From Lingula anatina (taxonomy: Eukaryota > Animalia > Brachiopoda): a stretch of 64,000 bases of DNA. The stretch covers positions 14,198,001 to 14,262,000 of the forward strand of contig CM120646.1 in the NCBI GenBank assembly GCA_051362555.1, given 5' to 3'. A model generated the notes under the pieces. That model had not been told where the DNA came from and made no database searches. It was given only the letters and a program-made list of their open reading frames with translations. Below, piece after piece: positions 13,538 through 27,865 of the stretch (position 1 is the stretch's first letter; every line of letters starts with the position of its first letter). A program made the position numbers and the translations under genes.

Positions 13538-15563
13538 ATTTATTCTGCGTATACGTCCCTTCAGTCTGCAGGCCTATGTACTTGTGAAAAAAAGTCCGTA
13601 CTCACACTGCGCTTTTACCAATTACTGCAGTTAAACACTTCGTTGGGGTTCTTCAAGTTAATAAATTTCAGCTGTGTAAATGACGACTTAAAAAGTAGAC
13701 ATAACACGAAGATGTAGTATTTTAAACATAAAACCTCACGCTCTATTATTCTTTCACCTATGACGCCAGATGTGTAACCGGTGATAATGCGCACCTATAT
13801 GGGCTTGCTGACTTTATACTGCCAACATTAATGCCATTAAAAAAGACTTAATGACAACGCACTCCAGTTTACTCCCCAATGGAATGTGCGTCACATGTGG
13901 TTTCAGAAACGTAACGTTATTCTCTTTCCTCTCGTAGTAGTTATAATCATTGGTTCACAGATACTGTTGATTTGTTAACTGTCTATTACGGTGTTTTCGC
14001 TCTGTATCTGCAATGTTCTTTCTTTTCTGGAATCAAACACGTAAGCTAAATTAAAAGCTCTCCGTGGTGAAGTCAACGTATCTTTCAAGTTAATTTGCAT
14101 GTACCCGTCTATAGTGTGACATATCGATCTACGTCATGTGCTCAGTTTTGTTTCGGGGCACATGCGTATCAAACCCCCAAATTAGTTAACTGAGCAATAT
14201 GCGAAATCAAGTTCTCCTTTCCAAACACCTGAAGGCAAAATAAGGTCTGTGTATCTAAAAGTTTTTCTACAGCAGCAAGTGAAACGTATGTGAAGGCGTT
14301 TTTCCCCTGATATAATGTTGTCTTTTAAGAAGCGTGTTTGCGAAATTCCACTCTCCTATTGCCTCAAGGAAAAACTATGGTGTGCTATTTCCCAGGGCAC
14401 TATCGTGATTAATTCAATGCCCACTTCAATTGCAATGGCTGGGCGGTTCCACTTGCTGGTTGCTACAGGCAAAATGCGCCCTCTTTTTCTTATCATGCAC
14501 CACTCTCTTGATGCTACAATAGCAAAATTGTAATGTACTTATGTCTCATAAACATATACCGTTCACTGCCAAGTACTGGATCCACCGAGGTTTTAAATGG
14601 AATGGTGCTGGCAATTACAGGTAAATCGAAAACCACTCTTCTGTGCTGAGATGCGACCAAATGTGTACCGTGTAAGTAGTGGCGTTGAAAAATCAATCGT
14701 AGGTTGGTTGCCCCAAAACGGAATGCACCAGGCAAAAGCGAATCAGCAAATGTTCTAACAGTTCCGCTTTGGCAACAAACAATGACACAACTGTTTCTCG
14801 TTTCTCCGCAGTCTGACTTTAAAATGAAACCCTGAATAGCAAAATTCAGTTTATAAGCACTTCGTTAAAAGTGCGGCATCTCAGCGTGAACTGTGTTCTT
14901 GACACGGCAATACCCACTTAGTCATCGAACGATGTGCAATTATATGCTTTATAAAACTCTCAATCCCATTTGCGGCAATGGAAACCGCGCGGCTGCCCAT
15001 TAATTTATTACCTTTGACGGTTTATGAATTAGACAAATAGAACGGCAACCGGCCATCGATATTAATAGGAAGTGTGCACTATCTTGTTGATTTGCGTCCC
15101 CAGTGGTAAAATGAATAAAGCAATATGGTGATTTTCTGAGAAACGCTGCAAGTGTCATTTGAAAAGAACCATCATGACAGCAACTGGGGTGTTCCGATGA
15201 GGTCAAATCCTTGCTATCAGCTCCACCAAAAAATACCGAAGGCAATAAATGCTTTGAATCTCGAGTGGTCAATATCGAATGGTCAAAGCCCGAATCTAGA
15301 TTGTCTTCCTTGGTTGAATTTGAGGTGAGATGCGGCTGGCTTATCTATAAGATATTGGCTTCTGTTAATAGTCCAAATGGCCCAAGGGTGAAAGACAGTG
15401 GTCTTGTGAAGTGCTGTATAGTTCTGGAAACTCCGTAAACAGAAACAAGCACCAGATGTACCTTTGATGAGAGATGCTGGAATCTGAAAGTAAACGATTT
15501 ATAAACCATCAGTAAAATGATAAGTCACAGAAAGGGGACATTGATATGTATTTTGTATATCAG

Positions 15564-15737
15564 GCTCCAGTATCAGAAAAAAAAACTTAAGTCAGTTTCT
15601 CCTGGCTTAGTTGACTAGGATTTTCATCAGGGTGCTGTTACACTGCTCCTGATAGGGTTAGGTGTGCCCATGTAACCTTGGTAATTAAATTCTTAGACAG
15701 GGAACCTGACTTAAGTTTTTTTTTGTGAAACCGGGTC
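15564..15737. mobile_element. Palindromic MITE, PIF/Harbinger-like
   Basis: Imperfect TIRs of ~45 bp (..CAGAAAAAAAAACTTAAGTCAG / CTGACTTAAGTTTTTTTTTGTG..). Flanked by CAG/CAG, or ATAT/ATAT if the ends are set 3 nt further out. Confidence 0.65.
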
Positions 15738-17228
15738 CAGATATTGTCAATGTATAACCACAATGAGATTTTTAAAAAACAGCGGAAACTGAAAGGGTGA
15801 TCAGCCATCTATACAGTATACTGGAAAAGGCAAAAACGTGCTCATAAAAAAAAAGAGTTTTCAGTGAGTTTTCAAGGAGCGAATTTAGGCTGTCACCATC
15901 ATTTCGCCGATGCTTCTTAGTTTTTCATCGGTGTATTGAATATTGGTTCCATAACCAACTTAACTGAAAGCTAAGAACCTATTATAAGATTTATCAAACA
16001 CTTAAGCTGTTCACGTAACAAAATTAAATGTGGCTGTCCTACTAAATCCTACTAAATGTTATAAAACGACGAATATCCACTTAGGTGGCGTGGATATGTT
16101 ACACAAATCGAATACTGTTAGGAATGCCATGGTTTTAGCGTTATGATGTTAGACCATGTTACTGGCTAAGCTCACGGTAAAAAAAGAACACGGTCGCCAT
16201 TGCGTGATCGCACAGGCCTCTTCTGCGTGCTAGTGATCTAAATGCAAAACCCCAATTCTTTAACTGAATAAACACGACAGTGAGTTCGTTCTCTTGAGAC
16301 ATTCGTGGTAATTAACCATCATACATACAACAAAAACCGATACAATGAGAATGTCAACATATTTGATTGTTTTCTTAGTTTTTCTGATAAGAGGACAGGG
16401 TTGGGTAAAACTCCACTCACAGGTTGGCCCAGTTATGAATTATGAACATAACTGTTTCTTGAGAAGCTAGGCACTGTTTTGATTCTTTTTTACTTTTATA
16501 AATTAACATGTTTGTATTCCATTAAGTGTTAGGGCATTAATGTCATTTGCCTGTCAATGAATACGCCATAAGTCGATTCACAGCACTGCGTTAAGTCTTG
16601 TGCAAATGGATATATTTAAAAATAGATGATAAACAGATGATAAACACATTTTCAACAAACATTAAGTGTTACCCTTTTTAAAGCCAGTTGCCATTAAAAT
16701 TAAGTTTTCAACTGCACTCTAGTCACAGTGATCAAACACTGGATGTACTGAAAAAAGAACAGAGTTCTGCACATGCCAAGACTGAACCAGAAGACCCTCA
16801 TAGTGTAAACAAACGCACCATGTGGAACTTACGCCTCCTGGACAGAAAATAAAAGCGATACTTAGAAGCGTTGTACCCAAGGAAACATAAGCAAGAAGTG
16901 TTCCATTTTTGGTTCCATTTCTAATAAATAAACGCCTCCTTTGGCCCCGTCGTGGATGTTCCTCCCTTTTTAGCCCTAATGCTATTTACTTATCACGCAA
17001 CTCTAGCGAGATACTATATATGCACTTATTGCGTGAACTTGTCAATTTCATTGAATTTATTTAACACATAACCTAACGGCAATGATTTAAACCCCTGGCA
17101 GTCAGCGCTAAAATAACACCCCAACCATGAGGTCAACCTTGCAGTGCCAGATACAAAAAGCGAACCCACAATGACATGCATCCAAGCGGAATGACAGATT
17201 CGTTCACCGACTCCTCCCAAACATCAAT

Positions 17229-17260
<32 letters not shown>

Positions 17261-18498
17261 AATTGTGGTCAACAGAAGAATGTGCTTTCAATACCCCAAA
17301 TTGCACTGTCTTCTAAAAAACAACGATGATATTAACCTGCACTGTCTGGGATTCATCCCTCATCTTAATATCCTGGTTGAACCAGTTGGCACTGTCTGTG
17401 TGAGAATGAGATCAACCCTCCCCAGAGATGCCGCCACCAAAGGTCATCGTACATCATTAAGCGGTCCATCAGCGAATAAGCCTGATTACTCCCCATGGAC
17501 GCCTCCCGTCCTGCGTAACTAGGCCTAATCGAAGCATTCTAGTGAAAGCCATAGGGGCGGACACATTGCTGGCATAATTACGCAGGTTCTCAGCAACGCT
17601 GAATTTACTCCTTACTTGCCGCCGTGCAGGGCTGTGTGCCTTTAATTTTTTCAGTTTTTTTAGCATGCCTCATTGCATTTGTTCTACAGTTATGACTAAA
17701 TAGCTAGCTAACTAGTTTGATCGATCGATACAATCAAACCTCACTCATACTGTAAATACATACTAGTAAAAACAGCACCGTTAGAGCAAGACCAACAAAA
17801 GCATAAAGCTACGTCACCGTAACATCCCATTAATGTTTGACGCAACTTACCGCTTTACTGCGCTTCATACAAGCCACTGCTCGACCCTTAGAAACGTTTC
17901 TTCCTCGTTCTGTTTGGGTTTCTATTCGAGAATAAGAATTCCTCCAGTGCTAAGCTGTTACAGACCAGCCTTTATTTAACAGCGAATTATGAATACTGAC
18001 CCAGGTCAGAAACAAATCGATCAATGTTTACGCTGGGCGAAATCAGGGTGTGAACATTCCGGTTTGTCATACTCTTGTTCTCATGTACACACGCTATAAA
18101 ATATGGGCTCAGTTTGTAACCGTGGTGTGTTCCCATCCTCCCGTTATGACTGTGCTTATTTATATGCCTGGTGTGTATTAAACAAAACTGTTAGTGTTTC
18201 AACGGCCTTGTTATAAACTTTAATAACCCGGAACTCTCACCTCACGCCTGCGTCCTTTCTGATTGAACTGGAAGCGTGTGTAGGTATCCGCCTCCTCTGC
18301 GGGATGCCAAATTATTTAATCCAATTAGGTCTGTCCGGATCAGGATCTCCGGTGAAGTCAACCGTTCACTTCCTCGTTCCCTCACACCCTCTGAAATCGT
18401 AAAAAAAATGGAGCTATGAGTAAAAAAAAAACAATAAATAATCAGCATCCGTTTGAGGACAAGTAAACGGTGGCTTATGCATTAGCTATATAGTTGAG

Positions 18499-19012
18499 CC
18501 AGAGTGACAGGTAGGTAGTCCTAGGAACGGAAGTACAGGTTAGGGTTAGATCAAGTACTGGGGTTAGTATATGGGACGAATGCCTCCTGTACAAAGTAAT
18601 GGTGAAACGGACTGCGGTTCCTAGCGGAATACCAAATTCCTCTCGCGCCGGTGAAACAGGAATGGGAGTCCGTTAGGAACCGCAGTCCGCTTCCCATGAC
18701 TTTGTATAGCTGACATTCGACCCATATACTAACCCCAACACCCCGACTACCCCTAACCTGTACTAATCATATGGTACCCCTAACCTGTACTAATCATATG
18801 GGAGTCCGGACTTCCATTCCTAGGACTTCCATTCCTGTTACACCAGTGTCATGTACCAGAAAGTCCCCCATGACAGAGTCCACTTCCCATTCATTTGCAC
18901 AGGTGAGCCTCGCCCTAGATTTTGATCTACTTAGGTCAAACTAACCCTAACCATAGTAACTATATGCAGGGCGGACTTTCTGTCACAAGGACCCTCAGGT
19001 TCGTGACACCGG
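18499..19012. mobile_element. Cluster of three abutting short DNA-transposon-like elements (A inverted 18499-18651, A 18648-18846, B 18843-19012)
   Basis: Each has short TIRs of the CCGGTGT(A/C)AC...GT(T/G)ACACC(A/G)G type and an internal CCCTAACC motif. Solo relatives occur at 30838-30993 (A) and 37474-37646 (B). Confidence 0.7.
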
Positions 19013-22000
19013 CACACTTTGACACGTCCCGACATGTAGTGACTGAAGGGTTTTTACTCGCTATAAAGAAGTCATTTTTGAGCGGAAGTGGATTAAATTG
19101 CCTTGTCGAACAAAGGAGTACGCTTAGGTGACTCTCTTACGTGATATAGTCAGATAATTAAATTGTTGAACTTTCAAAGTGTACCGGTACAGACTGCATC
19201 ACTAAAGTATATCGGTTGAGGTGAAAAAAGCCTTATATTATTGTGTCATGCAAATACCGAAAAAAAAGGGAGTGATGGAAAAATAAAAACATGCATGTGG
19301 TACGTATTCGCACGAGAAAGGCTAAGGTCACCATTTAAAGTGTAAGTTTCCTGAGGCACAATTGAAAGACCAGAAAACAAGGTAAGCTACCCTTTAGATA
19401 CCTTGTGAAACGCAACATACTTGCTTAACTTCCTAGCACTTTTGCTAAGACCGACTTTTGACTTAAGTCGTCTTTTGAAACAGGCCCATGGGTTTATTCA
19501 AATCGGCATGATACCATCTTTAAAAAAGCTCCCATTAAACGTATTATTCAACACGGTAAGCTTGGTTCAGACACATCGATTTACCAATAAGGCACATCGA
19601 TTGATGATCCTCATTGCGCAAATGATAACTGTATATTTCGTAATGTACACTCTATATACGTCCACTATAATTAATATTTAAAAGAGACAACACCAATGAT
19701 GTATTGACATTGCAATAAAGTGCAGTTTCATTACTTAGGCACATTAATAAATATATTAATAGAGGTCCAAAAGCAATTAGCTAAAGTAAATAATTAGATC
19801 TGGTGACTTTGACAAACCATATCAATTAACAAATATAACTAAAATCAATGTCATCGTAATCCGCTGGTAGTTCACAGATATGCTGACAGGATGCTTAGAT
19901 ATCAAGCTTGAGCCACGGGACTTGTCTGATTCCAGTTCTTTGGTAATCCAATAAACTGCTAGCTTAGGGATCTGGCAAAGGACTCACGTCTCTCTTAATC
20001 ATTTTACTGAGAAAAATCTTTTACCATTAAAGAGCCCCGTTCCAATTTTGACCGTGTTTCACGGCTTATTATTATTTTATTATTATTATTATTATTATTA
20101 AAAGGACGCCCATTCTTGTGAAAGTACTGATTAATAAAGCCCCTTCATTGGTAAGATGACCTCAGATGACACTGCAATTATTCCGTAAAAACTATAGTGC
20201 AGTTTGATTACCATCGGCAAGTTCATAATTATGATACTGGACAAACAACATGAGAATGTTATGATATTAGACCAATGTAAAATTCTCATTTCTGCGTGAT
20301 AGACTATAAATTTGTTTTAAAGCATTAGGTCCATGGTTCAAATTAACTTTCGGCTATAGTCATTAAGTCCGCCATTAGACCGCTTTTTATCGTTGATAGA
20401 ATAATACAGACGCAGAGAGGAATTTAGCTTAGTTTTCTTTCACCTGGCACTAAATGGTTTCGCATGACTTATAATCATTTTGCAAACACACATCAAATAA
20501 AACGAGCGGAACGCTATCCAGTGTTTTATAATTGAATTTGTATTCTTTGGAGGGTAATGGTACATGTATTAAAAACGGGCAGATTGGTGATCTGTCTGCT
20601 TTTTTTTTCTCAGCAGCACCCGGGAGGTTTCTTCGGTAGCAATCCAATTTAGGATTCTTGCATCAGGATAAAGCTGAGAATCCCCAAGTATTTTTTTTTC
20701 AGTTTAATTATACCACGGCACTAACGTGTTTTTGATCCGTATGCGTAATGCATCCCTAAGAATCCCTTACAACGACAAGTCACTTTAAAAGTCAAATTGG
20801 AAATCACACATCGTTCTTGCAATCCAAAAGACAGTTTCTCGGTATATGCCACCCAAAAGATCAAATCACACTTATAACATGACGGGATGACCGGACAGAC
20901 AAGTAGGTTTAGGTAAGACTTCAAAGACCGTGACCCTAAACCCGATTTGCACAGACCAATTCCTCTATAACGAAATTCATTTCTGTTGGGAAAACCAATA
21001 ATGCCAACGAATGGACATCAAGAAGACAGCAACCGAGCAAAGAATCTTGACGTGCGTCTTTCAGATCATTTGACTTTAATACCAATTCCAATGTATTATT
21101 CATAAAGCTTGTCATACCTTCTGATCTAATACAAAACTGTACACACTGATGTCCTCTTTTTGGCCTTAAGTTCACCGTGGAAACACAGAGCAAGTTGAAC
21201 AGATTTCACGTCAATATTATATAATTGAGTGCAAGTGAGCCAAGCGCGTGTGCAGTTTTACTTTCACGGTGTAAACGTTGTGGTTACTAGTCCATAAAAC
21301 AGATGATCCCTGACCCCAATTCAAACAAGCGCCATACCGATCAGAATTTTTAACCTTTAAGGTCAACCATATATCAAATATTCAAAAAAAAACTTTAACA
21401 ATCCTCTCACATATTGCCAATATTTATGCCAATTCTGAGCAACTGATGGCAAAACGTAGAGGGCACTAAATCCAGGCTGCTTCAAAAAAATGTGAATTTA
21501 AATAGTTTTTTAAAACAGCCATCCGATATCCTTAATGACGGTATAAGTCACAACAGTAATCATTTGTCACAGCATCCTCATGTATATTTGACTACATGAC
21601 CTTAACGCGGTGTTAAAAGATACACAATAGATTAAAAACTAACGCTGTTGTCCACGTAAAGTTCAATACATAATTAAACGAAATGTAAAGAACGAAAATG
21701 AAAATGAAAATGAAGAAAATGAAGAAGCATAGATATACCAACAGTGGACGCCGTCGTATCAGGACACGTCAAACAGCTTCTCTTTACTATGATTTTGATA
21801 GAAATATCAACGAAACCTGTGTCCAACTGAACAAGAGCGCAGGCGGCCAACGATTTGAATGTTGTATCGTACATTGAACCCGTTTCTGTGGCTGTTTACA
21901 AAGTGAAATGCAATTCAAATACCAACGTTGCCGTAAAATAGTGTGAAATGCATTAGCATCCAGTGGAGGTATTTTGAAATCTACAAATATATCCACAGGG

Positions 22001-22866
22001 TTGAATGCATAAATGAATAAAAGCAGACCTAGTGTAACCCAAGGGATACACTAACGTTTCATTGAAGATCCAGACATTTACTAAACACGGGGTATGAGGT
22101 AGAGTTCGGTTCGTAAACAGCTATGCACCAAGAGACAGAATTTGTTTTTTCACCAAAGGAAAATGTTGAGATCAGAGGACATGCACGGAAACTGCGCCCC
22201 CCTGTCCCCCCCCCCCACACCCCACCCCACGGATAAGTCTCCGCGTTATTCGTATCGCTGGTCAATCTTGCAATCGTCATTTGTAGCCTGGTTCAATACA
22301 AATTTACGTTATAAATTGGGGAGACCCTATGGTCCATAATCAGGAATGACTTTGCCAATAGATAAAAATCTCCGATATGGTCAGTAATGTTATCTACAGC
22401 CTCTTTCATTCTCTCTAATACGAACCAAATGCGTGTCGACTTCAGTGATAGTAGTTCTTTTTTCTTCTATCAACCAGTTTTTTTTTCAACTAAATACAAA
22501 GTTCTAATGCAATGTCACTACTGTAAAATGGGATTCGATCTACTAAGGTACAGAGTGAAGTGGACACATTCAACGGCTTAGTGAATACGCTAATGGACGC
22601 TGTCACAGTACTTGACGCTATCAAGGCTTACTTTCATCTTGGGAGTACCTCATCAGATCGATTTGCCACTGAACTCTTCAGAGGCAGATAGCGTGAGCAT
22701 TAGATAAAACTCTGTGATAGCCTAATGCTTGGCATCCATCCCTCGATAAAGCTGCATAGCACACATGAGGTTAAACTTGATTTGATCAAGTTAATGATAT
22801 AGATACCTAGATAAGGTTCAATTTGGTCAATTCTGGTGATGGGCCAACAAAAGAACAACTGACTAA

Positions 22867-23092
22867 GGGTGCTTTCCCAGAGATTTAGATCGATCTAGAG
22901 ATTAAGATTTAGATCGACCTAACTCCCTGGGGGTTCACTCTAAATTGCAGTCAGCCGAGCGGACACCATAGTTAATTACCCCCTTACAGCTTTTAGTCGG
23001 CGGGACAGACGCTTAAGCCGGCCAAGCTGACAGTAATCAAGTGAGACTCCCCACAGGGATAGATCGATCTAAAAATCTATGGAAATGGGGTG
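22867..23092. mobile_element. MITE-like non-autonomous DNA element, copy 2
   Basis: The core is the reverse complement of 9759-9972 (e.g. GTGAACCCCCAGGGAGTTAGGTCGAT, GGGGAGTCTCACT.GATTACTGTCAG). Confidence 0.75.
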
Positions 23093-26000
23093 AAAGAAAC
23101 ACTTGCGTTCGAAACATATACATAGTGGAGTAGGTTCTGATGGAATTTTTCAGGTCATATTCAAGCTTCGGTACATAACACAAATAGAAAAATTTGACAT
23201 ATCAGTTTATTGTCACCATTTCCTTTTTTATACCAGTGCATTGCTGATGCACGTGTATTTTATTCTATACTCTGGTGTATCAATATTGTATGCACGTAAT
23301 TAGTTTCTTTTTTTGACACATTTGAAGCACTGGGTACCAATTTATCCCACATATACATGATCGGCTATTCCTAATGGGTTTGCCAAATAACGAACTGCAA
23401 ACATTGCCGTGATTCTGAAGCAAATGGGTAACATTGCGTACCTGCGTACCTGGTATCTTTATCTGTGTATTTAACAGTCGAACTCCTGCCGTGCATTTAA
23501 CATAACCCTTTGTAAATGACAAGGAGAATCAATTTTTGACGAGTCGACATTATTATTTTTATATTTCTTGGCATTCATATCTAAAAATGTTGCTTTTTTT
23601 CTAATTTCATTTAAGTCATTGGAACGGTTGATTCTTCGTCATTGTAGTCCATCAAATCTCTTCCAAATAACTTGCATGGTTTGGAATTCATTTTCTATCC
23701 ATCACAATATGCATTAGTTACAGCAATTACGATCATACGTTGTGGCTAGTGACAAATGTAGCTCTTTTGTTTGTATAAGAATGCACAAATTTGCCATATC
23801 CGCAATCTGAATAAATCCAAACAATTAGACGTGGAACGTAAACGGTTCTTAATTTACCTAGATTGTGCTACTCGATTAGTATGCGTATCCTACTCACAGG
23901 AGAACCTGGTCGCTTAATTATAATCCCTTTGTCATAAAAGGAGGAAATATGAGATAGATGCAAGGTCAATTTCCGGCACATACGCGGAAAAAGTCTGATG
24001 AAGCTGTGCAGTTCTAAAATTACTTAACCATGTTAACAGATAAAAAAAGAATGGTGATTTCCAATAAGGATATTGAAGGAAAAATACCCATGTGAGATGT
24101 CTTGCAAACAGGCCAAACCTGAGACTAAAAATCCAAACATTAAATCTTAAAATACGAAAAAGATACGTTATTTATTTATAGTATAGCCAACATTCGACGT
24201 ACTGATGCGTTTTGCCGACATCATGATGCAACTCGATGAAAAGAAAAAACAGATATAATATCTCCTCTAGCAGAAATTAGTTTCACTTCTTGCACACATT
24301 TACCTTAGTTTCACGTTTTTAGACGGAGTAGGGTACATTTACCTCATAATGCAATTGACGCTTTGCTTATAAGATATCCTAATTAAATCTTCATCGTATG
24401 ATAAAAGGTGTTACTAGTGTAGTCCATCATAGCAGTTCAATATAAAGCATTTTTGGTTAAGGCACACGCTTCTTTAGGCACTATAAACAGCAGAAGCAGA
24501 TTTCGTACCTCGGAGAATTACCGATTATTTGAAATTATATCATTACAATTACCAGTAAGATAAGGATAGTGCAAGGGACCACCCGGAGATAATTTCACTT
24601 AACCTATCACCCCAAGGAGAAATGCAGTACCTTTGGGTTGAAAAACAACGATTACTTACCATAAAGCTACCTCAGTAATTCGTCTACCATATATAATATA
24701 CACTAGATGCTACTGTTTATATCGCGGAGATACAGTTATCATCACAAGTGTCTTAACATTTTCACCGTTAATGTACGAAAAGGAGCGTTCGTAAACACCC
24801 CGCAGCTTCCCAGATGTGGGCCAGGGTAGAGTTCCAAGATGTTTTGTGCGCGTTCACTAATCTTGGTAACATAGGTCCATCATATTTAGTACTACGTGAA
24901 GACTTATTGCAGTATTCCAACCAAACAAAGGCGGTTTTGGGCCGCGCTATCCAAGTCGCAAAAATCCTTCTTAACAATATAGATACACAGTGAGGTGGTT
25001 TCGTTTTTCTTCAGTCATTGCATTGCTTACGTCCTCCGAGGGGACGGGAAATGATATATTTCCCGGTATTTTCAGTCCTATCAAATACGTCTTTGGTTCG
25101 TTCAGAAAGTATCTTATTTTATGTATTTTTGCCATCACTTAGGTACAATATACGCCTTGCATATCTGACTGCAAAACAGAGGGGAACTATAACACGGCCG
25201 TGATGTTAGTATGTCAAAATTACATTAGATAATACAGTACATTAGAAAATAAATTGAAGTACATTAATACAGTGATGGATAATGTAAGAATTGGTTACTT
25301 TTTTTCTGCGTCACATAACTTCTTTGTAATGGAGCAGTGAAAATACACAGTGTAGCCTCAGATAATATAATTGGCTAAAACCTACCCCTGTGAGAAATCT
25401 CCATTCTGGCACGTCGTTTTCCCCAGATTAGTTAGTTCACACTTCCCCTGTTTTTACACCCCTTACTCGATGCTTATTTACAGGGGTGTGAAAAGCATCT
25501 AGCTTTTCGACACACTAAATCAAAAGTGATTAAAAGCCTAAAATCAATAGGGAATGAATAAGCTTGACATAATACACATGGACCTGAGGGTTTTTTTTTT
25601 TTTTTTTGACACTTTTAAGTCAACTATTTTATAAAGGCTATTGAGTACAATAATTCATTAATGATCAAGTGTCTCTCTGAATTTTATTTTTTTCATTAGG
25701 GAGGGGTGGGTTCACAGTGTTCATTTGCTTCTTTGTCTGGTTGCAATAATATAATACAAACAATAGAAAAATTCCCATCTTTATAATCAATACACTGCCT
25801 GCTGTATTGTTTGGAGCCCTAGCGGTCCTGACGGACGTCTGACAAATTAAATACGTTCTCTTTGGGTTTGGTACACAAACAGAGATAACTATACGGCAAG
25901 AACTGTATACCAGCCTCTTCGGATTGGACTGCCTTAATACTGTCATCTGTTTTGAAATAATGGAAAATACAGAGCAAGTTTTCATATTCAAATGTGGCAA

Positions 26001-27691
26001 TAAGACAATGTTATCCAATCATTACAAGGCCAAATCAACCCATTACCTTGAAACAAAATATCCAATATATCCGATACAGAGGACGAAATGATGAAGCACT
26101 AGTATATTCCCCCTTGTACAAAGCAAATATTGCAATGATAAACCATTGTTAGTCCTATTCACATTTTCAATATCGGTGTATATATCGATAAAAAAACATT
26201 AAAAGTGTAATCTTTGTAATGGCAGTAGACTGCGGATTTTTTTTAATGCACCGAATGGATGGATATTGTTATGTAAAGAGTGTTACGTCATTATTTCAGC
26301 CAGTGCCATATAGGCCTAACTATCATTACGACAAAAATTGCTTTGCACGATGCCTTTTGATTAGCTTATTTTTATATCCGTTCATTCATTCACAAATTCA
26401 TCACACATTCATTTATCCATTCATTAATTTACTGTATTTATCTAGATACGTAGTTTTTTTCTATCTGAAAAACTTACCTCTTTAGAAGTTAGACCAGTGT
26501 AAAAGATAGGGCAAGTCACCTTTTCCAGTGATCTCGAAAGAGCTCTACACTATGGTGTTCGATGGACGTACGTTAACAGAGTATTAAAATTGTGTTTGAT
26601 AAGATCCACTTATTAAATGAGTTTCGTTAGTTAATGTCACGACGACCCGTTGCATCGGTTAACTTTCGATGGCGACACCCGCACCATAACTTTCGTTACC
26701 GGACATGACAACAGCTTCACTGCCAGACAAAGCCCTATTGTATCGGATTCATCATTTGGAAACCAAAACGTAGAACGCATTCGATATACTGAACATTTTT
26801 ATATTATCACGTAATTTCCAATCTCGTGAAAGAGTAACGTCACTTCAGTTGAGAAGTTTGTTTTCTATGTACACTCAAGCCTCAGTAAAACGATCCTTGA
26901 AACTGATTTCAACCAAGTCTAACAGTCTGTAGGTGATTGCACAGACTCTCCGTCACGTTATAACATTTACATTTTTATTTCAAACAATGTTACAAACACG
27001 TCCTATAAATACGAAACATTGGTTCGAATGGCGTAAAAAGACACTAAATCGATGCAATTAGTGCCAGATTCTGGCGGCGGTTGCGGATTATTTCTTTTGC
27101 AAATAAAATCCACACACGACTTCGCTATGAATTTTGACATACATTAACGAGTACGGCCGGTGCTTTCTCAATGTCTGAAAAACCAGATGCTTTTATTGTC
27201 TTATGATAGTGTTTGCTTAAAAAATACGATGCAACTGCAGTGAGACCAGATAAGGATACGTAATACCTAGCATCGCGGTATATGCAGATAGTGTAATGGG
27301 ATTTGAACGAACAGAAGTGAAATAAAAGAAACTCTCCAGAAAGGCTGTTGACAGCAGGATCACTCTGGGAACCAGAACATAGAACAAATCTCGTTACTTC
27401 TTGTCTCTCAATATAGATCGGTTACCGACGTACCATACAGCCAAACGATTTAATTAAGCACTATGGGATGCAATGAGAACCTTAAGGATTTAGGGAAATG
27501 ATTTAATTGCGCGACTGTCTCCAATCATCAGTAATCGTCGGTCGGACATGTTTGCCTTTCAAATTATTTTTCACAAAACTAGATACGTCTGATAATTTTG
27601 GGTCACATTAAGATTAAAGCCTTTGTTTTTATTATAAAGAAAGCTGCGGGGGGCGTATTTTACAATGTCGCCAGAGTATGCTAGAGCCATA

Positions 27692-27865
27692 GGCCGCATC
27701 CAGAAGAGTGGACTTACTAGTCCTAGGGTCAAATATGGCCGACCCACTTAATTTTTCCCCACTGGATATCTATTCAGTCTCTATTAGCGGATTAGACGGC
27801 AAGAAATGTAGTGTGTCGCCATATTTGACCCTCGGACTAGTTAGTCCACTGTTCTGAATGCGGCC
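27692..27865. mobile_element. MITE with ~55-bp TIRs, PIF/Harbinger-like
   Basis: GGCCGCATCCAGAAGAGTGGACTTACTAGTCCTAGGGTCAAATATGGC matches the reverse complement of the right end. 3-bp flanking duplication ATA. Confidence 0.85.

Noticed and set aside
17085-17150. tRNA/SINE-like B-box remnants (similar hints near 51255, 58490, 62130)
   Set aside because: Too degenerate to fold as tRNA or to delimit as SINEs by eye
17229-17256. Long poly-G/C tracts (also ~35295, 36610, 43307, 45595)
   Set aside because: Frequent throughout the window and often tied to repeats; no evidence for a specific function
25665-26060. Stretch with long near-open frames on the minus strand, possibly a decayed gene or transposon fragment
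   Set aside because: No recognisable motif or consistent splice structure; a tBLASTx search would be needed
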